From positions 1 through 27,951 of IMG/VR virus record IMGVR_UViG_3300030104_004081: 27,951 nucleotides of DNA; one strand, given 5' to 3'. Source of the DNA: a virus (lineage: Duplodnaviria; Caudoviricetes). The notes beneath the pieces were generated by a model. That model worked only from the letters and a program-made list of their open reading frames with translations, was not told where the DNA came from and searched no databases. The position numbers and the translations under genes were made by a program. Below are positions 1 through 9,009 of this stretch, piece after piece. Each line of letters opens with the position of its first letter. Within the stretch, counting starts at the first letter, position 1.

Positions 1-890
1 TGCCATTTTACGTCGCTCATGAGCTCGCGTTCCGACTTTGTCGGGTTCGCAGTCACAAATTTTTTAATGGTGTCATCGGCAAATGTCTGGGCCGTGTCTA
101 GACGTGATCCGTTTTCAATGCGGGTGCGAAGCTCGTTCTTGACCTTCTGGTCGATTTCACCGACGTGCGCGTTGAAATATTTTTCGGCCGACACGCCGCC
201 GCCAGCACGGGTCAAGAGATCGTCGATCACTTCGACATGGGTCTTCGACCGAGCTTCATCGGCCATATCCTTCGCGACTTTTGCGTCACCGGTACGTTTT
301 CTGTAGTGCTGAATGTTTGCCGCGTGCTGCTCGGCGATCGTCTTCTTATTGCCCCAGGCCTTCGTTGCCTCGTCGAAGGTTGCCTCGCTGATCGCGAGCT
401 CCGTCAGATTATCCGAGGCCGTGGTATGGACCTGGTCCTCATACTTAATCCGTTGACCGCCCTGGTGACGCGATACGTTCGTCAGGAACGTATTCCGCTG
501 CGCGCCGAACTGTTTGATGATCTGCGCTTGTACCCGACTGCTCGAAGCCTTATTAAACAGGTCGTCGTAGTCAGTCTGATATTTTACCTCGTAGTTATTG
601 CGCTCATCGACGGCAGTCTTTCCGGTCAGGTTGTTATATCCGGGGTTCTGTTCGGATCCGTCACCATCCATCAACAACCGTTGCTTGTCGCGGAGTTGGT
701 TGATCAGGTCCTGGGCTTCGGTCGCCTCGGCCTTGTCGCGGATACCGAGAAACAAGTCGCCGCCGGCCTGACCACCTTCTTGAACGGCCTCATTCATGCC
801 GCCGGAGATATCTCCGACACGCACCCCGCGTAGGCTCTGGGGGGCGACCTGCGGCAGGTCCGCCGCTGTGGGGATCTTTGAGCCCGCCAT
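1..890 (-). CDS. Internal virion (DNA ejection) protein, partial; runs off the left edge
   Basis: Absent from the ORF track because it has no stop in the window. Translated by hand: ATG at 890 overlaps the upstream TGA (TGATG) and the frame stays open to the edge (MAGSKIPTAADLPQVAPQSLRG...). Helical, charged composition; position follows the gp14-like gene. Confidence 0.7.
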   Translation of the reverse strand, partial: MAGSKIPTAADLPQVAPQSLRGVRVGDISGGMNEAVQEGGQAGGDLFLGIRDKAEATEAQDLINQLRDKQRLLMDGDGSEQNPGYNNLTGKTAVDERNNYEVKYQTDYDDLFNKASSSRVQAQIIKQFGAQRNTFLTNVSRHQGGQRIKYEDQVHTTASDNLTELAISEATFDEATKAWGNKKTIAEQHAANIQHYRKRTGDAKVAKDMADEARSKTHVEVIDDLLTRAGGGVSAEKYFNAHVGEIDQKVKNELRTRIENGSRLDTAQTFADDTIKKFVTANPTKSERELMSDVKW

Positions 891-1363
891 CAGCCGAACT
901 TCGCGGCGCCCTTCAACAGCGCGCTCCCTGCCCGGATATATCCGGCTTTCTGTGCGTTCTTCCCACGTGCGCGCTCCAGGACCTGTTGAGCCTGGAGAGA
1001 ACTGACCTCTGCCGCGGCATTATTTTCGATCAGACGCGCGTTCAACTCGCCCTCACCGGCGAGCTCTTCCTGGGCAAGTAAGGCCGAACCTTCCGACATA
1101 TCGCCGCCGCCTGCACCCAGGATAGCGCGCTGCGTGCCCTCGATGCGTTTGTTCGATGTGCGTTTCCGAGCGGCGTTGAGCTCGCCGATCTGGCGCTCGC
1201 GTTCGGCCTGGCGCGCGTACATCTCGGCTTGCATCTTCGCTTGCTGATTGGCCATCTTGCCTTGGTTAATGGCGCCAACGGCCGACATGGCGAACGAGCC
1301 GGCGGCCATAAATGGTGCGGCTGTAGTTGCCGCCGCCGACAGTGCAGTGGATACTCCTGCCAT
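890..1363 (-). CDS. Internal virion protein (T7 gp14-like ejection protein)
   Basis: Ala/Gly/Gln-rich 157 aa protein with a hydrophobic Ala-rich N-terminus and a G..RA..GA.G motif; syntenic after the nozzle and gp13-like genes. Confidence 0.7.
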   Translation of the reverse strand: MAGVSTALSAAATTAAPFMAAGSFAMSAVGAINQGKMANQQAKMQAEMYARQAERERQIGELNAARKRTSNKRIEGTQRAILGAGGGDMSEGSALLAQEELAGEGELNARLIENNAAAEVSSLQAQQVLERARGKNAQKAGYIRAGSALLKGAAKFG

Positions 1364-1364
1364 C

Positions 1365-1781
1365 TCACATTACCTTTGCAAATCTAAAGTAGTCGTTTCG
1401 ATCGCTGTCATAGGCGACAGCCTTACTTTCAAAATCGAGCCCCATGATCGCCGTCAACCGCAGTGCCGTTCGATCGGTACTGATAATGATTGACTGCACA
1501 CGGTGCAGGTTTTCTTCACGCATGAAGTCTTCAAGGCCGGTCCGCAACCGGCGCAACACAAACGCCTCTTGTTTGCGCGTTAAATCCGATCTTGCAGCCG
1601 TCCAGGCTTCACCGACGCCTGGCCATCGCCGCATGACGCCCATACAGAGAAACGGCGTATCGCCGTCCATGCAGGTCCGACCAACCAGGTCGTACATCAA
1701 AAGGTTTTCCCGTTCGGCGTCACCCAGATCCATGACGGCATCGAGGTGATCGCGTTCGAACGGCACGATCGTTAAGCTCAA
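1365..1781 (-). CDS. GNAT-fold virion assembly protein (T7 gp13-like)
   Basis: WPGVGEAW and HRVQSII...ALRL...MGL.FE acetyltransferase-like pattern; lies directly after the nozzle gene. Confidence 0.65.
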   Translation of the reverse strand: MSLTIVPFERDHLDAVMDLGDAERENLLMYDLVGRTCMDGDTPFLCMGVMRRWPGVGEAWTAARSDLTRKQEAFVLRRLRTGLEDFMREENLHRVQSIIISTDRTALRLTAIMGLDFESKAVAYDSDRNDYFRFAKVM

Positions 1782-4726
1782 GCCACCTCCATCTCTGGCG
1801 AGATTCCGATTACCGTGAACGGCACCGGTGATGTACCTTTCACAAGTAAACGTATATCGGTGTCATGGCCGGCAGTGATGCCGAGTGATTTCTCACCGGT
1901 AAAGAATGGCACCGGTGCGTCGTCAATATTAACGGCCGATCGCAGATCGAGTTCGGTGAAGGCTCCTTCGCCATCGATGTCAACCGTGGCGACACTGACC
2001 GATCCTTCTGCCGCCTCGAGGAGGATCAAGATGACGTCGGCAATGTTTTTCGGCTGCCCGACAGCCGTGCCGCCCTGACCGCCATAAGCGAGCTTCAGGG
2101 ACTTCCACCGACGTTCATAGCTCAGACCTACATGCACCATAGAAGCGGCGCTATCGAGCGTTATGGCGCCGGAGCTCACCGTCTTATCGGTCTGCACGGC
2201 ACCATCGGCGTAGACCTTTACCGGCTGACCTTCCAGGTGTGTCAGACCACTGACCGACGTCACTTTCTTCCGGACCTCGCCGCCGGCGCTGTATGTCGTG
2301 TATGCGCTGCCGTCGGTCGCCAGGTAGACGCGGCCGCCCGACGTAAACGTACCGTAAGATGACGTGTCGACGCCGATCGTAAACGTGTTGGCGTCGACCT
2401 TTGTTACCGTGTAGCCGTTGCCGTTAAGCTGGGTCATCCCACCAATATCGTGGAAATGCACCTCATTGCCTGTCACCAAATTATGATTTGGGGCGGTGAT
2501 GGAACCTGGGTTGGCTTTGGTAATGGCCGATACGCTGACACCATCGATGGCACCGAGCTCGAAGGTATTGGTCGTCACCTCGGCGATCTTATAAGTGTTA
2601 GAGTTAAGTTCGGTCATCCCCTTAACCCGAACGATCCGGACCAGATCTCCATCGCTGAATGCGTGATTCGCGGCGGTTATTTGCACCGGCTTGGCACGGG
2701 TTGCCGCGGTAATCGTCACGGGTGCGTCTAAGGTCAATCCGCTGTCGACATAGAACGCCTCTTCTTGCAGGTCTTCGTCACCATTGAATACCTTCTCCAG
2801 GCACTCGATGTAGCGCACGGTTGAGCCGTTGATTTCGCGTTTGACCGCGACCCATACCTCATGCCGACCGGAACTATCTTTAAATTGACCGGTCCCATCC
2901 TGACCGGGGATGGTGATTACGCTTTCGACGATCGCATCACCGCCATGGAACGATCCGCCAACAGTGTTTCGGGCCCAACCGATGACGTTCTGTTCGGGCT
3001 GGTAGGTGAGCGTCGGCATCTGACCGTCGCCGCGGACCCCCCAGATCGTGCTGTCCGGTTGTTGTTGGTAGGCCAATTGAATCAGGCCGTCTTTCAATAC
3101 CCGCTCATTCAAAATGGTCAGGTCAAAACTGTCGTATCCTTGAAGGCCGTTGTCCTGGATGACGTCGGCGAACTCGACGAGTTTACGGGATTGAGCCTGG
3201 GCAAAGACGAGACGCGACCGGATCTCGAGGGGTGGGATAGGCGCACATCCACCAGACACCTCGAACACGGCCGATATGTCGGTTGGTGTCAGGACAGCGC
3301 CGTCTGAATTCAATGTCCAGTTGCCGCCCTGGGTTCCGATGATCGGTTTCTTGCGGCTGGCGATCCAGCGGATCGTGTTGACTTCCCGCGACGCAAATTT
3401 GTAGTTGATCGAACTGTCATCGAGGACGGTGCCTTCATTGTCGGCGTCGGCAAAGTTCTGGATGTCGGCCGACTTGGATAGCCAGAATTTTTGCGGTTGC
3501 TTGGTCGTTCGAGCGGTCGCAAATCGTTGCTGTATGAATGAGACGACGCCTGGCCATCCATCAGTGTCGTTCCATTCTCCGAGACGCCAGGTCTCCCTCG
3601 CCGCGGTAGAGCTCAAGGCGTCGCTTTTAATGTCGACCTTGACCGCCGTCGTTGACGTGTATTCAACAATCTGCATCCAACGCCATTTGTTCGACGCGTC
3701 TTTGATACGGATCAGTCGACCAACATCGGTGGTTCTGAACCCGGCGTCATCGTTGATGCCTGTCGTCGCTGACGCGGTTATGGTCACGCCGTTGCCCGAG
3801 GTCGCGCCTGGCGTCAATGTCGTTCCGGTGTCGTTTTCCGTCAGCCAAGGACCGTCGCTGAACAGAACCTTGATCAGGCTCCAGGACGAGTGTCCGTATC
3901 GCTCGAGACGATAAACCAGGTAGGAGCCGCCGGCGGCAAAGTAGATCACGTCGGCGCTCTGTGCATAAGAAATGTCAGGGAGGATCGCCTCGGGCCATGG
4001 CGTAACAAGCTCGACCGGTTCATTGTCGAGGATTGAGACGTTGTCGATTGATATTGTTTTGGATTGGCCGTTTTCGAATTCGACATAGTAGGGACTGGCG
4101 TCCGGAGTAAACTCAATTGTATGGCGGCCGCACAAGCGTTTGGCGTCGGCATAGTATTGAGATCCGCCGGCGCTCGATCCAATCCGCACTGTAATCTCGT
4201 CGCCCGGGTCACCAACGATCTCGAACGCGAGCACGTGTTCGGTGCCGGTGCTCGACGTTGCTACGGATTGATAAGCACGCGCTTCGTTGCCGCTGCCGGC
4301 TGCGTTCAGGTTGAGATCGTTATTGGTGCCGTCGTGGGCGATCGCACCGGAGCCGGTGTTTCGTGCGGTCCAACTGGATATGTCGCTACCAAAGGTGCCG
4401 TTGGTTATGCTCGAGGTGACGTCGAGCGCGGTGATTTGCGCCTGGTCTTTGAAGAATCGAAGGCAGTTGTTTCCCAATTCCAGGCAATAGGCTTGGGTGG
4501 TCGAGTAGATAAATGGCAGGAGCCAGGGGCGCACGCTGTTGGATTTAGCGTTACCTATATAGCGAAAACCGGGACGAGACGTATAACCGCCTTGGGGTAG
4601 AGGTATGACGTTCTGGTATTCGGATCCAGCGTTCTGATACTTGTCGAACTGAACCCGTGCCGCCATCCTCCCCGAAAACTCACCGGCGTTGAAAGCCTCG
4701 AGGAGCGGATTGGTTTGGACGGTCAA
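1778..4726 (-). CDS. Tail tubular protein B / nozzle with inserted CBM-like and FCCH domains
   Basis: N-terminal FNAGEFS...PQGG..SRPG, internal AQSADV and WPGVVSFIQQR, C-terminal YVDSG, GLTHLEG and HVGLSY motifs typical of podovirus nozzle proteins. Confidence 0.88.
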   Translation of the reverse strand: MTVQTNPLLEAFNAGEFSGRMAARVQFDKYQNAGSEYQNVIPLPQGGYTSRPGFRYIGNAKSNSVRPWLLPFIYSTTQAYCLELGNNCLRFFKDQAQITALDVTSSITNGTFGSDISSWTARNTGSGAIAHDGTNNDLNLNAAGSGNEARAYQSVATSSTGTEHVLAFEIVGDPGDEITVRIGSSAGGSQYYADAKRLCGRHTIEFTPDASPYYVEFENGQSKTISIDNVSILDNEPVELVTPWPEAILPDISYAQSADVIYFAAGGSYLVYRLERYGHSSWSLIKVLFSDGPWLTENDTGTTLTPGATSGNGVTITASATTGINDDAGFRTTDVGRLIRIKDASNKWRWMQIVEYTSTTAVKVDIKSDALSSTAARETWRLGEWNDTDGWPGVVSFIQQRFATARTTKQPQKFWLSKSADIQNFADADNEGTVLDDSSINYKFASREVNTIRWIASRKKPIIGTQGGNWTLNSDGAVLTPTDISAVFEVSGGCAPIPPLEIRSRLVFAQAQSRKLVEFADVIQDNGLQGYDSFDLTILNERVLKDGLIQLAYQQQPDSTIWGVRGDGQMPTLTYQPEQNVIGWARNTVGGSFHGGDAIVESVITIPGQDGTGQFKDSSGRHEVWVAVKREINGSTVRYIECLEKVFNGDEDLQEEAFYVDSGLTLDAPVTITAATRAKPVQITAANHAFSDGDLVRIVRVKGMTELNSNTYKIAEVTTNTFELGAIDGVSVSAITKANPGSITAPNHNLVTGNEVHFHDIGGMTQLNGNGYTVTKVDANTFTIGVDTSSYGTFTSGGRVYLATDGSAYTTYSAGGEVRKKVTSVSGLTHLEGQPVKVYADGAVQTDKTVSSGAITLDSAASMVHVGLSYERRWKSLKLAYGGQGGTAVGQPKNIADVILILLEAAEGSVSVATVDIDGEGAFTELDLRSAVNIDDAPVPFFTGEKSLGITAGHDTDIRLLVKGTSPVPFTVIGISPEMEVA

Positions 4727-5343
4727 CTGGGCGGATCCCCGGGCTCGTAATAGACATATCCGCCGTACCGGGTCGTGACCCAGGGGCTTTCAGGGAGGTT
4801 CTCCGGATAGTCCTGGATGCTGTCGGCCGACTTGGCTGTCGGTAGATCCTCGCCGGTGTACTGCGTGTACATCTCTTTCGACAACGCCGCGGATTGAGCG
4901 AGCGCGACAGCCAGGCGCGAAGCGAGAAGTTTTGACATCGCCGTCCGAAACGTCGCCGGCATCAAGTTCGGATCCTCGACCCGCGCGACATAGCGTAAGT
5001 AGATCTCACTGGCATCGGTCAAGATCTTGCCGTTTTCGATCCGGTACGGGCAGTTGTCGCGCGCGTCGGAGTTCTCCGACAGTCGGACGACGCGGAGATA
5101 GTCCGCTGGCAGTTGGTATTGATAGTCCCACTCGAACGCCGGTGCGTCAGCCAGGCGCGCTAATTGAACCCGCTTGGTCGCGAAGTTCCAGTTGTGACAC
5201 TCCAACATCGTGTCGCGGAGCTCATCGAACACGACCTCGCACGCATTGGCTTCCTTGGTGCCCTGCGTCAGGGCCGTGATCGATTTGGTGTTCTTGATGA
5301 GTTGCAGAGCGGCGTTGCAAATACTGACTTCAGACGCTGCCAT
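4723..5343 (-). CDS. Tail tubular protein A / head-tail adaptor (T7 gp11-like)
   Basis: SICNAAL, HNWNFATKR and YQLPADYLRV motifs; lies upstream of the nozzle gene. Confidence 0.88.
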   Translation of the reverse strand: MAASEVSICNAALQLIKNTKSITALTQGTKEANACEVVFDELRDTMLECHNWNFATKRVQLARLADAPAFEWDYQYQLPADYLRVVRLSENSDARDNCPYRIENGKILTDASEIYLRYVARVEDPNLMPATFRTAMSKLLASRLAVALAQSAALSKEMYTQYTGEDLPTAKSADSIQDYPENLPESPWVTTRYGGYVYYEPGDPPS

Positions 5344-5744
5344 CAGGCGGCCTCACTGACCAGCGATTCCGCATCCGCCTTAGTCAGGTTCTTGGCGATA
5401 ACCTCGTTATCCGCCTTAACCATCCAGGACTTGGATCCGGGAACGTAGTGAACCTTCATGTTACGCGCCGCCGGTGCCACACCGTGTCGCCATTTGTCGA
5501 TCAGTCTGACAGTGACGTCGGTTGCCGTCTTGGATACGACCTCAAGGCGCCCCTTTGTCCAGGAGCCGTCGTCGTGTCGGCAGACCACATCAATCTCATC
5601 AGCCGCCTCAACGAATTGACCGGCGTTATTGAAGTACCCAGGCGTGAGGATATCTTCTGCCTCATGAGACGTCATATAGCGGAGCGTGGACGCGAACTTG
5701 AGCCGCGATATATATTCGAAGTCTTCGAGCCGTGAACGGATCAT
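5343..5744 (-). CDS. Putative virion structural protein, paralog of the 5851-6114 product with a C-terminal extension
   Basis: Shares the Y...GY[FY]N.A...D.I.VV pattern with the upstream gene; AAGGA RBS. Confidence 0.55.
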   Translation of the reverse strand: MIRSRLEDFEYISRLKFASTLRYMTSHEAEDILTPGYFNNAGQFVEAADEIDVVCRHDDGSWTKGRLEVVSKTATDVTVRLIDKWRHGVAPAARNMKVHYVPGSKSWMVKADNEVIAKNLTKADAESLVSEAA

Positions 5745-5764
5745 TATAAATCCTTAAACAAGTT

Positions 5765-5803
5765 AAAAAGAAATGGACGGCACAAGCGAACCTGTGCCGT
5801 CCA
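5765..5803 (-). terminator. Intrinsic terminator after the capsid and decoration genes
   Basis: 11-bp stem TGGACGGCACA/TGTGCCGTCCA with a TTCG-containing loop, followed on the minus strand by TTTCTTTTT. Confidence 0.8.
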
Positions 5804-5850
5804 CCCACCGAGAGCAGGAGACGCGTTCGCCATCTCCTACTGCCTACGTT

Positions 5851-6114
5851 TTAGTCGCCGTCAGTCTCAACGATGGCGGTGCCGTCGCTGACATCGACAA
5901 CCGTACCGGTATTACTCAACACGTTGACGAAGTGGGTCGTCGGCGTGTTTGAGTCGACAACGATGATCACGTCGCGAACAGAAAGCATGTCCGCGGCGTC
6001 GTTGTAGTAACCGGCGCTGTTCACAGTGGCAATCGCATCAGCCGACGTGTAGTGCCACAAGGCGAAGCCGTTGCCGTGAGCAAGTTGGGTGAGGTTTGCG
6101 GAGTTAAAAGCCAT
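5851..6114 (-). CDS. Putative capsid decoration/cement protein
   Basis: Small beta-rich protein directly after the major capsid gene and before the terminator; strong GGAGG RBS. Confidence 0.6.
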   Translation of the reverse strand: MAFNSANLTQLAHGNGFALWHYTSADAIATVNSAGYYNDAADMLSVRDVIIVVDSNTPTTHFVNVLSNTGTVVDVSDGTAIVETDGD

Positions 6115-6128
6115 GTTCCAAACCCTCC

Positions 6129-7019
6129 TTACGACGTTGCGATGGCGGTTGTGTCATTGAGGTTGCCCTCGATCACACCGGTGTCGTCGATCATGACGGC
6201 ACCTCCCGACATCATATGGTTGACGAAATACGCCGCACGATCACCGTGCCACGTGATATCGGCTGAGACGCTTTCGTTACCGGCGACGTTGCCGGCAGCT
6301 TTGGCGACTGCATAACCGATAGCGTTCTTGTGATAGACGAAGACCTTTGAGGTCGACGTACCAACACCCGGGTTGGCCGAGTGCATACACCACAGAACAC
6401 CCATCCAGGACTTGAACTTCCGGTGACCTGGAGCGCCTTCAGTGAAGGGTAGTCCGTTGGCACCGACATAGTCCGACGAAGCAAAGCTATCGACTGTCAT
6501 GGCTTGGGCATATGCGCGTGGGCTGAGAACGCCGTAACGCATACCGTCGTTGGGAACGCCGTTGGCGTCGAGAGCTTCGACCATTTGCAACAAGCTCGAC
6601 TGAACGGCTGCGAACGTGCCAACACCCCATGAAATGGTGCCTTGAGACGTGCTGTCGAGGACCGTCATGATCTGGTCATCGCACTTGCGCCCGAGAGCGT
6701 AAGCTCCGGACTTCGCGTAGTTCATCCGAACTTCGATGTTGGTCTTGGCTTCGTCTAGTAGGTCACTCCAGTCGCCGGCGTAAAAGTCAGAAAGGGAAAC
6801 CGACGGCTGTACATGACTGACGTTCATAGGCGTTATTTCGCCATGCCTCGACTTGGTTGTAGCGACACCGGTGCCGAGCTTTTCGAAGTAAGCCGTGGAA
6901 CCGACGACACCATCTTTCACGTAAACGGTAGGCTTGAGCATACCGCCTTCGCGTTGGAAGACGTGGTGAACGTCTTTGTTGTAGTCGCCTATAAAGGCGG
7001 CTGTGATACTCGTCGACAT
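6129..7019 (-). CDS. Major capsid protein
   Basis: 296 aa with MSTSIT.AF...Y...V...FQR.G..L and AYALGRK.D..I motifs of this podovirus capsid family; AAGGAG RBS; follows the scaffold gene. Confidence 0.88.
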   Translation of the reverse strand: MSTSITAAFIGDYNKDVHHVFQREGGMLKPTVYVKDGVVGSTAYFEKLGTGVATTKSRHGEITPMNVSHVQPSVSLSDFYAGDWSDLLDEAKTNIEVRMNYAKSGAYALGRKCDDQIMTVLDSTSQGTISWGVGTFAAVQSSLLQMVEALDANGVPNDGMRYGVLSPRAYAQAMTVDSFASSDYVGANGLPFTEGAPGHRKFKSWMGVLWCMHSANPGVGTSTSKVFVYHKNAIGYAVAKAAGNVAGNESVSADITWHGDRAAYFVNHMMSGGAVMIDDTGVIEGNLNDTTAIATS

Positions 7020-7162
7020 ATGTGTCTCCTTTAACGAGTGGTTACGGGGAGACAGGTCGGGTCGGGTTAACCGATGCCAGGCATCAGCGCCTCTTCGACT
7101 GTGTTGACCTCACTCGGGCGCCAGAGGCGGTTACCGGGTTCAGCCCATGTTTCAAAAGAAAC

Positions 7163-7212
7163 TAAAAAATAAGGGTGGCGGACGCCCAGGGAGGGAGTGA
7201 AGCGTCCGCCAC
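7163..7212 (-). terminator. Intrinsic terminator upstream of the capsid leader
   Basis: 11-bp stem GTGGCGGACGC/GCGTCCGCCAC with a 16-nt loop, followed on the minus strand by CCTTATTTTTT. Confidence 0.65.
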
Positions 7213-7230
7213 ACCGCGCGCGAAAATGTT

Positions 7231-7347
7231 CTAGGTTGTCTTTTTTCTGTTTGGCTTCGTCGTCTTCGTCTTACCGGGTCTCGCCGGCTTCTTCTTCTTT
7301 TTCTTCCCGTAGGATTTGATGAACGCGTTCTTAATTGATACGGCCAT
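7231..7347 (-). CDS. Small Lys-rich basic protein (38 aa)
   Basis: Found by hand: MAVSIKNAFIKSYGKKKKKKPARPGKTKTTKPNRKKTT; its ATG overlaps the upstream TGA (TGATG). Confidence 0.6.
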   Translation of the reverse strand: MAVSIKNAFIKSYGKKKKKKPARPGKTKTTKPNRKKTT

Positions 7348-7631
7348 CAGTAATCCTCCAGATTAATATTCTTCAGTTCGTTCGGATACAGCCAGATCGG
7401 CGTCCCCGCTCCATGCCAGCCGCCGGCGACATTGAACTCGAAGAACTCTTCCGCCTCGTCCAACGTCATACCGTCACGCGTCATTAGAATGTTGACGCAC
7501 TTCTCCACGTCATAAACGAGGAGCGAGATTTGACCACATCGATGTCCGATACCGACGACGGCGTCGTCGAAACCGTCAGCTTTCAACATCCGATCGTGTA
7601 ACCACATCGGCCTCTGTTTCGATCCAGACAT
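7347..7631 (-). CDS. Conserved hypothetical phage protein
   Basis: DGFDDAVVG...YDVEKC...EAEEFFEFNV.G.W.G..TP resembles a widespread phage family; the true start may be 7607 or 7589. Confidence 0.65.
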   Translation of the reverse strand: MSGSKQRPMWLHDRMLKADGFDDAVVGIGHRCGQISLLVYDVEKCVNILMTRDGMTLDEAEEFFEFNVAGGWHGAGTPIWLYPNELKNINLEDY

Positions 7632-7809
7632 GCGCCCCGCAGCTTAATGGTTTATCCGGTCGGTAGACGACGCGCGAAGGTCCTTTGATCTCGACCTCAT
7701 GAGCGTAGTCGTTCGACTTGTGTGTTTTACACGTCAGTACAGGATCACACGCGCCGGTCTTCCGGTTGCGTTTGATCACGTGCTGATTGACGTGAATCCG
7801 TGTCTTCAC
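7576..7809 (-). CDS. Conserved hypothetical phage protein
   Basis: IHVNQH.I..N and GPS.VVY.PDKPLSCGA.VWIET motifs resemble a family common in aquatic phages; 4-nt overlap with the scaffold stop. Confidence 0.7.
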   Translation of the reverse strand: MKTRIHVNQHVIKRNRKTGACDPVLTCKTHKSNDYAHEVEIKGPSRVVYRPDKPLSCGAHVWIETEADVVTRSDVES

Positions 7810-8690
7810 GCCGCGCGACCTGGTACGGGCCCTGTGCCAAACAGGCTTTCACCGATGTCACGACGTTCCGCATCAAGACGCTTGGCCTTCTCTGTGTTGC
7901 CGAGAGCCATGGCGTTATGCATATCCTCGGTCAACGTGTCGTATTGCTTCTGCAAGTTGGTGCCGGCTTCCGTGCCGCGCAGCCCCAATTGTAATGCTCC
8001 TTCACCAGTCATGCGGCCGTAGTTGGCCATAACCCGGAGAAAGTCCGGGTTGGATCCGAGTAACATGCCATTCGACAACTCCGTCTGTTTCAGGTCCTCG
8101 CCGAATTCGAACTTCGACAGGGCCTGTTTGGCGAACGACAGGTTGGCGTCGTAGTCCTCACCCCATTCCTGACGTAGCCCAGCCTCGGCATCCTTCTGGA
8201 ACCTCTCGTCGTTCTGTGTGGTCGTTGCCTGTTGTGCAGCCTCGAGCTCAAAGTATGTTCCGATCGCTGCATCGACCTGCGCTTGCGTGGCGCCGGCCTC
8301 ATGCATTCGACCAACGACGCCTTGCAGCATACCTTGGAACTCTTCGCTTTCGAACGTACCCTCATCGATGTGATCGGGTCTTGACAATGTGTAGTTGTCG
8401 ACACTTTCCGGTACGCCCATGAGCTTACGGAACTTGGCGAGGTCCTCCTCGTTTGCGTCCTCACCTGGCACTTTGACGCGCTGCGAGAACTCGGTGTTGA
8501 GCTCGGCGTAGGCCTTGGCCATGTCCGCCGGCGTATTGAACCGATCCGCTAACTTGCGGACCTTGTCATCTTCGATTGCACTGCGCCAGGTTGCCTCACC
8601 TGTCTCAGCTTCAGCTTCAGGAGCTTCCGTCTCCGGGTTAGCCGTCCCCTCTTCCGAGGCTTCAGCGCCGTCGATCGTTTCCTCTGCCAT
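7806..8690 (-). CDS. Capsid scaffolding (assembly) protein
   Basis: Acidic and helical, with KAY.EL, G.PES...Y and LRQEWGEDYDANL motifs; lies between portal and capsid genes. Confidence 0.8.
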   Translation of the reverse strand: MAEETIDGAEASEEGTANPETEAPEAEAETGEATWRSAIEDDKVRKLADRFNTPADMAKAYAELNTEFSQRVKVPGEDANEEDLAKFRKLMGVPESVDNYTLSRPDHIDEGTFESEEFQGMLQGVVGRMHEAGATQAQVDAAIGTYFELEAAQQATTTQNDERFQKDAEAGLRQEWGEDYDANLSFAKQALSKFEFGEDLKQTELSNGMLLGSNPDFLRVMANYGRMTGEGALQLGLRGTEAGTNLQKQYDTLTEDMHNAMALGNTEKAKRLDAERRDIGESLFGTGPVPGRAA

Positions 8691-8703
8691 TAGTCGTTAC
8701 CTC

Positions 8704-8994
8704 TCAATCTATAGGGCTCGACAGGTCAGCGTACATCGCTGCCTTGATACGCGCTGCAACTTCGCGTTTGCCGGCCCATCGTTGCAGATCTTCATTACTT
8801 TCCGGCGGGTCGTCGAACTCGCCGCACCAAGTCAAAAGCATAAACAGAACACGTTTGCCGAGCGCCGGATCCGTCATCATCAGATAACGAAAATCTCGGG
8901 CGACATCGACGTTGGTGTATTCACGTCCAACAACCGAGCCGATCAGCCCCGAGGTGAAGGCCTCGAGGTCGGGCTCTAAAGTAACCTTCTTCAC
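8704..8994 (-). CDS. Bbp19-like hypothetical phage protein
   Basis: GKRVL..L and GKREV...I pattern; position directly after the portal gene. Confidence 0.6.
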   Translation of the reverse strand: MKKVTLEPDLEAFTSGLIGSVVGREYTNVDVARDFRYLMMTDPALGKRVLFMLLTWCGEFDDPPESNEDLQRWAGKREVAARIKAAMYADLSSPID

Positions 8995-9009
8995 GATCTA
9001 TCGTATCTC

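Noticed and set aside
165-833. Long plus-strand ORFs here and at 14986-15873, 19843-20616 and similar positions
   Set aside because: Antisense shadows of well-supported minus-strand genes in GC-rich DNA.
5754-5766. Second CtrA box
   Set aside because: The spacing is TTAA-N5-TTAA, not N7.
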